This document shows positions 18,707 to 28,475 of a stretch of DNA of 48,215 nt, piece by piece. Origin of the DNA: Actinomycetota bacterium (GTDB lineage: Bacteria; Actinomycetota; Nitriliruptoria; Euzebyales; JAHELV01); NCBI GenBank assembly GCA_019347695.1, contig JAHWKT010000005.1, positions 1 through 48,215 of the forward strand, written 5' to 3'. A model generated the notes under the pieces. That model made no database searches, was not told the origin of the DNA, and worked only from the letters and a program-made list of their open reading frames with translations. How positions within the stretch are numbered: position 1 is the first letter of the stretch; each line of letters opens with the position of its first letter. The translations under genes were made by a program, and so were the position numbers.

Positions 18707-20640
18707 GAGCTCGCCAACCTGACCTGACGGGCGTCGTCGACCGCGACGGGGTGCCAATCTTCTACGAGGTGCACGGTGACGGAGAGCCAGCACTGCTGCT
18801 GATCCCGCCGTCGCCGATCACCCACTCGCGGATCTACAAGGCGTTGCTGCCTCACCTCGCCCGTCACCACCGTGTGGTCACGTTCGACGGACGGGGGAAC
18901 GGCCGATCGGGACGGCCCGTCGACGTCGAGGACCACACCCGGGCAGCCAACGTCGCCGACATCCTGGCCGTGCTCGATGCGACCGGGACCGCCGATGCGG
19001 TGTTGGTGACCCACTGCCACGCCGCCTGGTGGGCCGTGGAGACCATCGCCTCCCAACCCGACCGCGTGCGAGCGCTGGTCGCGATCGAACCTGGCGTTCC
19101 CTACCTCGGCTGGGCGCTGGAGTCCACCGGCGAGGTCCTGGCGGCCGCCGAGGAGGCACAGGACCTGGACCCACCGGGAAGGGAGCGCTTCGAGCAGCAG
19201 TGCCGTGACCTGGGTGTGCCCACGCTGGTCATCCACGGTGACCTCGACGTCTGCCAGCACGTCGACCGCGGCGCCGCGTTCGCCGAGCTGACCGGTGGCG
19301 ACCTCGTCGTCATCGAAGGCTCCGGCCACCTTGCCCTCGTCAGGGACCCGGTCGCCGTCAACCGCGCCATCATCCGCTTTGTCGATCGCATCACGGGAGC
19401 AGCCATGCGTCGTCACACCTGGACCCGCGGCATGCACCGCGAGCGCAAGGTCCTCTACCTGTCATCGCCCATCGGTCTGGGCCACGTCCGTCGCGACCTG
19501 GCCGTCGCCGAGCAGCTGCGTACGCGCCACCCCGACATCCGGGTCGAATGGCTCGCCCAACATCCCGTCACCACCGTGCTCGAGGCGGCCGGCGAGACCA
19601 TCCACCCGGCCAGCGACTGGCTCGCCTCCGAGTCCGGCCACATCGCGTCGGAGGCCGCGGGCCACGACCTGCACTGCTTCCAGGCGCTGCGGCGCATGGA
19701 CGAGATCCTGGTCACCAACTTCATGGTGTTCCAGGAGGTCGTCGAGGACGGGCTGTACGACCTGGTCATCGGCGACGAGGCGTGGGACGTTGACCACTTC
19801 TGGCACGAGAACCCCGAGCTCAAGCGCGGCTCGCACGTCTGGTTCACCGACTTCGTGGGCTACCTGCCGATGCCCGACGGCGGCGAGCGCGAGGCGTACC
19901 TGACGGCCGACTACAACGCCGAGAAGATCGAGCACATCGAGCGGTTCCCGCGGATCCGGGACCGCGCGATCTTCGTCGGCAACGCCCCCGACGTGGTTCC
20001 CGAGGTGTTCGGGCCCGACCTTCCCAAGATCACCGACTGGACGCAGGACCACTTCGACTTCTCCGGCTACATCACCGGGTTCACGCCTCCACCGCCCGAC
20101 GAGGCCGCGCAGTGGCGAGCCGAGCTGGGCTACGCCGACGACGAGAAGATCTGCATCGTCACCGTCGGTGGCTCCGGCGTCGGCGAGGACCTCCTGCACA
20201 AGGCGATCGCCGCGTACCCGATCGCCAAGCGAGCGGTTCCGGAGCTGCGCATGGTCGTCGTCGCCGGGCCCCGCATCGATCCGCAACGTCTTCCCCGGTA
20301 TCCCGGGTTGGAGGTGCATGGGTACGTCGAGCGCCTCTACCGGCACCTGTGCGTGTGCGACCTCGCCGTCGTGCAGGGCGGTCTGACCACCACCATGGAG
20401 CTGACAGCGGCGCGCCGGCCCTTCCTCTACTTTCCGCTGGGCCACCACTTCGAGCAGACCTACCACGTCCGCCACCGGCTCGATCAGTACGGCGCCGGGG
20501 TGCACATGGACTACGTGGCAACCGATCCCGACGGACTCGCCGCGGCGATCACGGCCGAGATCGGTCGCGCTGTCGACTACCGGCCGGTGGAGACCGACGG
20601 CGCCGAGCGCGCGGCCGCCATGATCGCCGAGTTGATCTAG
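18703..20640 (+). CDS. Alpha/beta hydrolase fused to a GT-B glycosyltransferase (GT28/UDP-GT-like)
   Basis: N-terminus paralogous to the upstream hydrolase (FDGRGNGRS, IHGD, GSGH); C-terminus SPIGLGH, TVGGSG, DLAVVQGGLTTTME, HFEQ. Confidence 0.9.
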   Translation: MRARQPDLTGVVDRDGVPIFYEVHGDGEPALLLIPPSPITHSRIYKALLPHLARHHRVVTFDGRGNGRSGRPVDVEDHTRAANVADILAVLDATGTADAVLVTHCHAAWWAVETIASQPDRVRALVAIEPGVPYLGWALESTGEVLAAAEEAQDLDPPGRERFEQQCRDLGVPTLVIHGDLDVCQHVDRGAAFAELTGGDLVVIEGSGHLALVRDPVAVNRAIIRFVDRITGAAMRRHTWTRGMHRERKVLYLSSPIGLGHVRRDLAVAEQLRTRHPDIRVEWLAQHPVTTVLEAAGETIHPASDWLASESGHIASEAAGHDLHCFQALRRMDEILVTNFMVFQEVVEDGLYDLVIGDEAWDVDHFWHENPELKRGSHVWFTDFVGYLPMPDGGEREAYLTADYNAEKIEHIERFPRIRDRAIFVGNAPDVVPEVFGPDLPKITDWTQDHFDFSGYITGFTPPPPDEAAQWRAELGYADDEKICIVTVGGSGVGEDLLHKAIAAYPIAKRAVPELRMVVVAGPRIDPQRLPRYPGLEVHGYVERLYRHLCVCDLAVVQGGLTTTMELTAARRPFLYFPLGHHFEQTYHVRHRLDQYGAGVHMDYVATDPDGLAAAITAEIGRAVDYRPVETDGAERAAAMIAELI

Positions 20641-20684
20641 CCACAGCCGACGCGAGAGAGAGGAGCAGCCGCTTGTTCCGAAAA

Positions 20685-20700
20685 TCGGTCGATCGACCGA
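20685..20700. promoter_or_regulatory. Putative TetR operator, copy 2
   Basis: Perfect 16-bp palindrome TCGGTCGATCGACCGA, identical to 17183-17198, 27 bp upstream of the OsmC gene. Confidence 0.85.
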
Positions 20701-20727
20701 CCAGGTACGAATCACGGGAGAGATGAC

Positions 20728-21306
20728 ATGAGTTCTGCAACCACGACCCAGGCGCGTCGCCCCCTCAACGGCGTGGACGTGCCGACCCTGTTCGCGACCA
20801 TCGACGCCGTCAAGGCCCAGCCCGAGGCCGCCCGGTTCCAGTTCCGGGCCGTCAACCGGTGGATCAGTGGTACCCACAGTCGCACGACCATCCACGGGTT
20901 CTTCGGCGTCGGTCAACAGCTGCAGCACAAGGCTGAGCACACCTATGACGCCGACCATCCCGAGGTGCTGGTCGGCACCGACCAAGCACCGAGTCCGGTG
21001 GAGTTCATTCTCCACGGCTTGGCGGCCTGCCTGACCGCTGGTATCGGCAACATCGCGGCCGCCCGTGGCATCGAGCTGACGGAGGTCGAATCCCGCGTGG
21101 AGGGCGACATCGACCTGCGCGGGTTGCTGGGGCTGTCCGACGAGATCCGCAACGGCTACGAGCAGATCCGGGTGAGCTTCCGGATCGCCGGCGATGCGAC
21201 CGAGGAGCAACTCCGCGCCGTGGTTGAGCAGTCACGCGCCCGATCGGCGGTATTCGACATCGTCACCAACGGCGTGCCGGTCGACGTCAGCGTGGAGACC
21301 GCGTGA
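20728..21306 (+). CDS. OsmC/Ohr-fold protein (single Cys)
   Basis: NGVDV, DHPEVLVG...PSPVEFILHGLAACL, VEGDIDLRG, RSAVFD. Confidence 0.9.
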   Translation: MSSATTTQARRPLNGVDVPTLFATIDAVKAQPEAARFQFRAVNRWISGTHSRTTIHGFFGVGQQLQHKAEHTYDADHPEVLVGTDQAPSPVEFILHGLAACLTAGIGNIAAARGIELTEVESRVEGDIDLRGLLGLSDEIRNGYEQIRVSFRIAGDATEEQLRAVVEQSRARSAVFDIVTNGVPVDVSVETA

Positions 21307-21379
21307 GGGAGAACCAGTCCAAAGCGGTCGGTCCCGGCACGCCGGGATCGACCGCTCCCACCACGGCGAGGTGACCTGG

Positions 21380-22540
21380 ATGGCTGACCACGACGTGATC
21401 ATCGTCGGTGCCCGCGCCGCCGGAGCCAGCACGGCACTGCTGCTCGCGCGCGCCGGATGGCGCGTGCTGGTCGTCGACCGCGCGCGGCGCGGCAGCGACA
21501 CGCTGTCGACGCACGCGCTGATGCGACCGGGCGTGCTCCAACTTCAGCGGTGGGGGCTGCTCGACGCCATCATTGCCGCCGGCACCCCTGGCCAGGACCG
21601 TGTGGTCTTCCACTACGGCGACGACCGCGTCGACCTCGAACTGTCGTCGCGGCTGTACGCGCCGCGGCGCACCGTCCTCGACCCGGTGCTGGTAGCGGCC
21701 GCCGAGGACAGCGGCGCGGTGGTGCGCTTCGGCGTCGACGTCCGCGGTCTGTTGCGCGACCCCGACGGGCGTGTCACCGGGATCCGCGTGCGTGACAGGC
21801 ACGGCCGTACGATCGAGCTGCGCAGTCGGATGACGGTGGGAGCGGACGGTCGACGATCGCTGGTGGCTCGCGACGTCGACGCCGAGGTAACCCGCCGCGG
21901 TGCCAACGCGGCCGCCGCGATGTACGGCTACTGGACCGGTGTCGAGACCGCAGGCTACGAGTGGGGCTTTCGGCCGGGCCGCAGCGCCGGGCTCATCCCC
22001 ACCGGCGACGCGCGGGTGTGCGTGTACGCCGGCATGCCGCCCCAGCGGTTCGCGCACGAGGTGCGCTACGACCCCGAAGGCGGGCTGCACCGCGTGCTGG
22101 CGGAGACCACGCCCAGCGTCGCCGAGCGGGTCGCGGCCGGACAGCGCGTCGAACCCGTCAGAGGATTCCCTGGCATGCCAGGCTGGCTGCGCCGACCGTG
22201 GGGTCCGGGCTGGGCGCTCGTCGGCGACGCCGGCTACTTCAAGGACCCGATCACCGCCCATGGCATCACCGACGCGCTGCGCGACGCCGAACTGCTCGCC
22301 CGGGCACTCGACCGCCTGCTGCGAGGCGACGTCGAACCGGCAGACGCGCTGGCCGACTACGAGCGCAGGCGCGACGCCCTGTCCATCCCGCTGCTCGAGA
22401 TCACCGATGCCGTCGCCAGCTTTGCCTGGACACTGCCCGAGGTGCAGCGGCTGCATCTGAAGATGAGCGACGCCATGCAGCAGGAGGTCGACGCGCTGAC
22501 CGAGCTCGACCCCCTGGTCGCACGCCCGGTGGCCGCATGA
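21380..22540 (+). CDS. FAD-dependent oxidoreductase (geranylgeranyl reductase/monooxygenase-like)
   Basis: VIIVGARAAG, GADGRRS, GWALVGDAG, DPITAHGI. Confidence 0.92.
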   Translation: MADHDVIIVGARAAGASTALLLARAGWRVLVVDRARRGSDTLSTHALMRPGVLQLQRWGLLDAIIAAGTPGQDRVVFHYGDDRVDLELSSRLYAPRRTVLDPVLVAAAEDSGAVVRFGVDVRGLLRDPDGRVTGIRVRDRHGRTIELRSRMTVGADGRRSLVARDVDAEVTRRGANAAAAMYGYWTGVETAGYEWGFRPGRSAGLIPTGDARVCVYAGMPPQRFAHEVRYDPEGGLHRVLAETTPSVAERVAAGQRVEPVRGFPGMPGWLRRPWGPGWALVGDAGYFKDPITAHGITDALRDAELLARALDRLLRGDVEPADALADYERRRDALSIPLLEITDAVASFAWTLPEVQRLHLKMSDAMQQEVDALTELDPLVARPVAA

Positions 22541-22577
22541 CACCTCGAATACCGGAGGTCGCGGTTGCGTCGTCGGA

Positions 22578-22758
22578 TCACGTACCGCTCGGCCTCGGCT
22601 CGTCGATCCGGAACCCGTCGAAGGACGGTTCCAACCGCACCGCTTCGACGACGTGCAACTGATCACGTGCAGCGCGTTCACCGACTGTTGCGCTGCAGCG
22701 CAACCATCCGCGCCCGCTTCAGCAGGTGATCATCGACCGTCACCGTAAGGTTCGCCAT
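22578..22758 (-). pseudogene. Collapsed TA relic: RHH antitoxin N-terminus and a possible PIN toxin tail
   Basis: MANLTVTVDDHLLKRARMVALQ, frameshift into SVNAL, then FDGFRIDEP resembling PIN-toxin ends. Confidence 0.55.
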
Positions 22759-22810
22759 GGCCGGTGTTCCGCGCAACCCGTGTAGCACAGTTGCCCGAGA
22801 GGGACGGCAG

Positions 22811-24493
22811 CTACTGCAGTGGCACGCTGCCGTCGTGGGCGTGGGCCTGCGAGTGGACGGTGAGCAGCTGCGCGTCGATCGCGTCGCGGTCGACGTCGAC
22901 GATGTCCAGGCCCACGAGATGGCGCGTGACCGGGCAGCCCTCACGATCGAACGCCTGCGCAGCCGTCAGCGCTGCGGCGGTGTCCGCATCGATCCGCCCG
23001 TGCTGCGCGAGATGCTCGTCCCAGTCGGCGACCGTGAACATCTCGGTGATCCGGTACGGGCGGTCCGCGTCGCGGTACAGCGACCAGCGTCGCGCACCGG
23101 TGCGGAACCGCTCGCGCCGCAGCACGCGCAGCGCTGCGAGGAATGCGTCCAGATCTTCTGGATCGATCTGCCACGTCGTGGCGACCACGACCGGGGACCC
23201 GGCCACCCGTGTGGCGTGCTGGGGCACGGAGAAGTCGTCGGGCGGCGGCAGCGGCTCGGCGACCTCGCCCAGCACCGGCAGGGTCAGCCGCGACGCGACG
23301 ACCCCCAGCATCGCGGTCGCCGCACACGCGACAGCCACGGCGCGACCCGCACCGACACCCTCGGCCAGCGCGCCGGCGACCACCGCACCCAGCGGCTGCA
23401 ACGCGATCGCCAACAGATACAGCGACACGACCCGGCCGCGAACCCAACCCGGCGCCAGCGTCTGGATCGTGGCGTTGAGTGTCGTCAACGTCCATACCCA
23501 CGCCGCACCCGCGACCGCCAACGTCGCCGCGCTGACCACCGGCCACGGCGACAGCCCGAACACCACGCCCATCGCGCCGAACGCCACGATCGACCCGGGC
23601 AGCATCCGCTGGCCCAGCACGCGACGGGCCGGCTCCCTCGTAAAGGCAGCTACCAGGGCGCCGGCGCCGAACGCGCCGTAGAGGAACCCGAACCCACTCG
23701 GCCCGAGCGCCAGGTCGTCGCTGACCACGTTCGGCAGCAACGCCTGCACACTCGTCGCCGTCACAGCGAACGCTGCCGCGATCACCAGCAACACCCGGAT
23801 CGGCTGGGTGAACCGCGCGTAACGCACGCCGGTCGCCGCCGCGCGCCACAGCCGCCGGCCCGCGTCGTCTTCCACCCGCTGTCGCGGGAACGACAGCAGC
23901 ACGGCCACGACCGCGAGGAACGACACCGCGTTCGCGCCGAACGCGACAGCGGTCAGACCGGCGGCGACCAGCACCCCGCCAAGCGACGGGCCGACCGCGC
24001 GCGCCACGTTGAACGCCGCGGAGTTCAACGTGATCGCCTGGGCACGAAGCCGTGGGCCAACCAGATCCGGAACTAGTGTCTGGAACGCCGGCAGGTGCAC
24101 CGCGGTACCCGTGCCCAGCACGAACGACAGCCCGAGCAGCCAGGCAGGCGTGATCGTCCCGGCGTAGGTCATGGCAGCCATCGTCGCGACCGCCGAGGCG
24201 GAGATGAGCTGGCCGGTGATCATCAATGTCCGCCGGTCGAACGCATCGCTCAACACGCCGGCCGGCACCGTGAACAACAGCCGCGGCAGCGTCAGCGCGG
24301 TCGTGACCAGCGCGACCAACAACGGCGACCCGGTCAACTCGTTCATCAACCACGGCGCCGCCGTGAGCTGCAGGAACGTGCCGACATTGCTGACGATCGC
24401 CGCCGACCACACCCGCCGGTACTCGGGCACGGCCAACGGCTCCATCGCGCCGACAGGACCGACCACGCTGGGAGGAGTCGACGCACCGGTCAT
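22811..24493 (-). CDS. MFS transporter (MFS_3/DUF894 type) with C-terminal ABM-like domain
   Basis: AGVLSDAFDRR, LNSAAFNVARAVGP, about 12 TM segments; C-terminal GARRWSLYRD...WDEHLAQH; TAGCGT-N6-ATG. Confidence 0.92.
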   Translation of the reverse strand: MTGASTPPSVVGPVGAMEPLAVPEYRRVWSAAIVSNVGTFLQLTAAPWLMNELTGSPLLVALVTTALTLPRLLFTVPAGVLSDAFDRRTLMITGQLISASAVATMAAMTYAGTITPAWLLGLSFVLGTGTAVHLPAFQTLVPDLVGPRLRAQAITLNSAAFNVARAVGPSLGGVLVAAGLTAVAFGANAVSFLAVVAVLLSFPRQRVEDDAGRRLWRAAATGVRYARFTQPIRVLLVIAAAFAVTATSVQALLPNVVSDDLALGPSGFGFLYGAFGAGALVAAFTREPARRVLGQRMLPGSIVAFGAMGVVFGLSPWPVVSAATLAVAGAAWVWTLTTLNATIQTLAPGWVRGRVVSLYLLAIALQPLGAVVAGALAEGVGAGRAVAVACAATAMLGVVASRLTLPVLGEVAEPLPPPDDFSVPQHATRVAGSPVVVATTWQIDPEDLDAFLAALRVLRRERFRTGARRWSLYRDADRPYRITEMFTVADWDEHLAQHGRIDADTAAALTAAQAFDREGCPVTRHLVGLDIVDVDRDAIDAQLLTVHSQAHAHDGSVPLQ

Positions 24494-24545
24494 GCCGTCA
24501 CGCTAGCCCGTGGCAGAACCCGCGCGCTGTTTGATCACCTGGCGG

Positions 24546-25565
24546 TCAGCCGAGCCCCGGAGCTCCGGCGTACGCCGGCAGGGCCGGCTGTCCCCCAAGA
24601 TGGCAGTACAGGACCCGGGAACCGGCGGGGATCTCGCCGGACCTGATCATGCCGACCAGCCCTGCCATCGACTTGCCCTCGTACACGGGGTCGGTCAGCA
24701 TGCCCTCGCTGCGCGCTGCCAGGTGGATGGCCTCGATCGTTGCCTGGTCGGGGATGCCATACGCGGGTCCCGCGTAGCCGTCGACGACGATGATCTCGTC
24801 ATCACGCAACGGCCGGCCGACGCCGATCCGCTCAGCCGTGTCGGTCGCGATGCGCGCGACCTGCTCGACGGTCTGGTCCAGCGTCGCCGACGCGTCGATG
24901 CCGATGACCCTGCGATCGTCGCGATCCTCCAGGGCGAAGCCCGCGATCATGCCGGCGTGGCTCGAGCCGGTCACGGTGCACACGATGATCGTGTCGAAGA
25001 ACACGTCGTGCTCGGCCTCCTGCACGGCGACCTCCCGGGCCCAGTTCGCGAACCCCAGGCCGCCGAGCGGATGATCCGACGCGCCGGCGGGGATGGCGTA
25101 CGGGGTGCCGCCCGCGTCCTCGACGGACGCCAGCGCACGCTTCCACGAGTCTCGGATACCGATGTCGAACCCCGCCGGGTCGATGCGGATGTCGCCGCCC
25201 ATGATGCGGCTGAGCTGGATGTTGCCGACCTTGTCGTACGCCATGTCGGGCCAGTCGACCCAACCCTCCTGCACGGTGACGGCGCCGAGACCGAGGTGGC
25301 ACGCGACACCGGTGACCTGCCGGGTGTGGTTCGACTGGATCCCCCCGATCGAGACCAGCGTGTCGCAACCCGTGTCGAGCGCCTCGGCGGCGAGATACTC
25401 GAGCTTGCGGACCTTGTTGCCGCCGTACGCGATACCCGAGTTGCAGTCCTCGCGCTTGGCCCAGATCTCGACGTGACCGCCAAGCGCCGCGCTCAACCGC
25501 GGAAGCGGATGGATCGGCGACGGACCGAACAGCAGCGGCTCGCGGCGGAAGTCATCAAGGCTCAT
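24546..25565 (-). CDS. acdS: 1-aminocyclopropane-1-carboxylate deaminase
   Basis: [22 protein letters not shown] (PLP Lys), [19 protein letters not shown] and HLGG (Glu/Leu residues that separate AcdS from D-cysteine desulfhydrase). Confidence 0.96.
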   Translation of the reverse strand: MSLDDFRREPLLFGPSPIHPLPRLSAALGGHVEIWAKREDCNSGIAYGGNKVRKLEYLAAEALDTGCDTLVSIGGIQSNHTRQVTGVACHLGLGAVTVQEGWVDWPDMAYDKVGNIQLSRIMGGDIRIDPAGFDIGIRDSWKRALASVEDAGGTPYAIPAGASDHPLGGLGFANWAREVAVQEAEHDVFFDTIIVCTVTGSSHAGMIAGFALEDRDDRRVIGIDASATLDQTVEQVARIATDTAERIGVGRPLRDDEIIVVDGYAGPAYGIPDQATIEAIHLAARSEGMLTDPVYEGKSMAGLVGMIRSGEIPAGSRVLYCHLGGQPALPAYAGAPGLG

Positions 25566-26139
25566 CGACTGCTCCGGTCGAGACAGCGCTGTCGGTCCGA
25601 TCGTCATGGGGTGTCGGGACCCTGTCAACTCGCCCCGCCCCCCATGCGCCATCGGACAACAGCGTCCGCCACCGGATGGTGGGTCGAGATCTCGCGTACT
25701 GCTCGGGCCGAGATCGGCAGCTCGTCAGGCTCGAACTCCACAAGCACGACGGGGAGCGGCAGCAACTCGATCGCCAGAGTCGAACCGACGGCGCCGTACG
25801 GCGCGTTGCTGATACACAGGAGCCACGCTGCGGGACGCGATCCTCGCGACAGCGATGGACGATGGTCGTGCCGCAGCGGCTCGACTCGTCGGTAGGACGC
25901 CCTCATCTGCACGCATCACCGATCGAGATTCGCCCACGTCCAGCGCGCGACCCGGAGATGACGCGGTAATCGACGCACGAGCGCTCGCTGACGAGGAACC
26001 CGCACGGCCATGCAAGCCACCCCGTGTTCGAAGGACACGCGGGGTGCTCGATCGTGTCCGCCGGCTCCCCCGGCCCACGTATCCGCCATCTTCGCCCCAC
26101 CGGCCGCCGTCAACTCCCGGCGCACCGGCGTGTCAGCAC

Positions 26140-26485
26140 GTGTCAACAGACCGACTCTCGCCCAGAACTGGTCGCCGCTCCACGCTCCACGGCGTCGATC
26201 ACTATCGTCGACCTCGTCGATCGTGGTGGCCTCGGCCGGCAGGGCGGCAACATGGGCGACGACGCGAGTCGCGTCAGCCATGCTGGCAGGGATCGGCTGT
26301 TCCCGACGACAGACCTGCGATGCCGCCTGTCGACAGTCGGCCGGGCGCGGGGACGCGGATCGTTACGCATCCGCACCCGACGGCCGTCGTGCGACATCGC
26401 TGGATCGCGGCGCGGCGCGGTCCGATGCCGCGCTGCAACTCGTGCACGCGAACACCGCCGAGAACAGTAGGGCCAGGCGGCGCAT
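26140..26485 (-). pseudogene. Possible degraded lipoprotein gene
   Basis: MRRLALLFSAVFACTSC signal peptide/lipobox-like start followed by a premature stop. Confidence 0.3.
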
Positions 26486-26716
26486 CCAACGGCCACCGTC
26501 GGCAACCGGTGAGAGGATTACAGCCATAGCATTCACCCGAATGTCGCCCCGGTGCACCGTAGTGTCCGTTGATGGCTGTATCGGGGCTGCGCGTACGACC
26601 TCCCCAAGGTGGACGATCGCCGATCGTTGACAATGGCTACATTCGTCGCTGCGTGGCCGGCGACCCACGAGCTACTCGCCCGGCGAGGCACGTCGACCAA
26701 CCGGCGGACATCGCAA

Positions 26717-26753
26717 TACACATTCGTCACGGCTCAATGTGTACGATGGTGAC
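26717..26753 (+). promoter_or_regulatory. vapBC operator and leaderless promoter
   Basis: TACACATT-N11-AATGTGTA inverted repeat overlapping TACGAT-N6-ATG. Confidence 0.7.
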
Positions 26754-26954
26754 ATGCGCACCAACATCGACATCGATGAGCAGCTCCTCGCCGACGCACA
26801 AGCCATCGCCGGCACCGCCACCAAGAAGGCCACGGTCGAGCACGCCCTGCGAGAACTCGTCCGCCGCAAGGACCGACAGCGCATCCGAGAGCTACACGGC
26901 AGCGTCGAGTGGACCGGCGACCTCAACGAGTCCCGCAGCGGCCGACATCAGTGA
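26754..26954 (+). CDS. vapB: VapB antitoxin (MRTNI type)
   Basis: MRTNIDIDEQLL...TKKATVEHALREL...WTGDLNESR. Confidence 0.92.
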   Translation: MRTNIDIDEQLLADAQAIAGTATKKATVEHALRELVRRKDRQRIRELHGSVEWTGDLNESRSGRHQ

Positions 26955-27385
26955 TCGTCGTCGACACCACCGTCTGGATCGACTACTTCGCAGGCCGCGA
27001 CGAGAAGCCGCACGTCGGCGAACTGCAGCAGCTCGTGGACGCCGACGCCGGGATCGCACTCACTGACGTCATCCTGGGCGAGATCCTGCAGGGACTGCGC
27101 GGCGAGCACACCGTCCGGCGGGTCGATCAGCGACTGCAAGCGTTCGACATCCTGCGGCTGCGCACGCTCGACGACTTCCGCAACGCCGCTGCGCTGTACC
27201 GGCACGCCGGAAGCAAGGGCAAGACCATCCGCCGAACCCTGGACTGCCTCATCGCGACCGTATGCATCCGCGAGAGCTGCGCCATCCTCCACAACGACCG
27301 CGACTTCGACCACCTCGCCGACGTCACCGACCTCGTGGTGCACGCCGCGCCCCATTCCGGCGACCGGGGCGACCCCACACAATGA
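26951..27385 (+). CDS. vapC: VapC PIN-domain toxin
   Basis: IVVDTTVWIDY, EILQG, TIRRTLDCLIA, LHNDRDF; GTGA overlap. Confidence 0.94.
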   Translation: MIVVDTTVWIDYFAGRDEKPHVGELQQLVDADAGIALTDVILGEILQGLRGEHTVRRVDQRLQAFDILRLRTLDDFRNAAALYRHAGSKGKTIRRTLDCLIATVCIRESCAILHNDRDFDHLADVTDLVVHAAPHSGDRGDPTQ

Positions 27386-27409
27386 CCTCCCACGCCCTGG
27401 ATCACAGTT

Positions 27410-27975
27410 TCACGGGTCGCCAGGCCCGCGTCGACTCGTCACAAGCGCGGCGGCCATCTCTCGCGCCGAGCGCCATGCGTCGTCGACGTTGCTGACAGCC
27501 CCGGCGACGGTGGCGCCTTCCTCCAGGACGAGCAGGCGCTCGCCGAGCGCGCGGGGGTCGCTGGCGCCGGCATCCAACGCGAGGCGGGCGAACAGTTCAC
27601 GAATCCACTGCTTCTGGGCGGCAACAACCTGCCGGGCCGGGTGGTCTGGATCCGGGAGCTCGGCGAACGCGTTGATGAAGGCGCAGCCCCGGACGGCCTC
27701 GCGTCGCATCCAGACATCGCACGCGTCGAACACGGCGAGCAGGCGATCCGTGGCGGTGCCGTCGCAGCGCTCCAGCTCGTCGAGCAGCCAGGCACGCCGC
27801 CGTTCATCACGGTCACGCAGGTAGGCGGCGACGAGCTCGTCCTTGGAGCCGAAGTTGTTGTACAGCGTCATCTTCGAGACGTCGGTGCGCTCGACCAGCG
27901 TGTCGACGCCGACGGCGGGGATGCCGGCGCCGTAGAAGAGCTCGCCCAGACGCCCTGCAGCCCGCTGTACGGCCG
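27410..27975 (-). pseudogene. TetR family regulator with missing or degenerate N-terminus
   Basis: ELFYGAGIPAVGVDTL...SKMTLYNNFGSKDEL, RGCAFINA; no convincing start. Confidence 0.75.
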
Positions 27976-28165
27976 ACACATCAGTCCCGACCGCGAACTC
28001 GCGGCCGCACTTTCCGAGTAGACGGACTGGGTGGTCGAGCACACTGGGCGTCGAGCGTGCATCGCTCGGCGTATGAGGCTCCCGCATGCTGCGACGACAT
28101 CGGGGCACCGCTGCGTCGCCAACGCCGACCGCTGCGCCTGCGGCTGGCTGCGTTGGCGCTCCGGC

Positions 28166-28422
28166 TCACGTCGACAGCACGGTGCCCTGTACCGGCCGAT
28201 GATCCGATCGGCGGTCACGAAATGGAGGTTGTCGACCCTCGCTAGCGCGACGTCGAACTCAAGACGTCCGAGCACCGTCTTGATCTCGGCCTCCCACAGG
28301 CTCGCCGCGCTGACGAACACCATCGCGGAGCCGTCGGCGATCGCAGTGCGCGCATCTCGCGACAGCCGCGGATCGTCCACCAGCCACCACAGGAAGGCGT
28401 GGGTGTTCAGCAGCAGCGACAT
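28166..28422 (-). pseudogene. vapC: Degenerate paralogue of the vapC at 45297-45683
   Basis: MSLLLNTHAFLWWLVDDPRLS...SAASLWEAEIKT nearly identical; first catalytic Asp changed to Asn, central ~40 aa deleted, 1-nt deletion near the 3' end. Confidence 0.88.
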
Positions 28423-28475
28423 CAACCGCTCTGATTCGTCGGTCGCCAACACAGACAGAACCCGCGAGCGCATGG

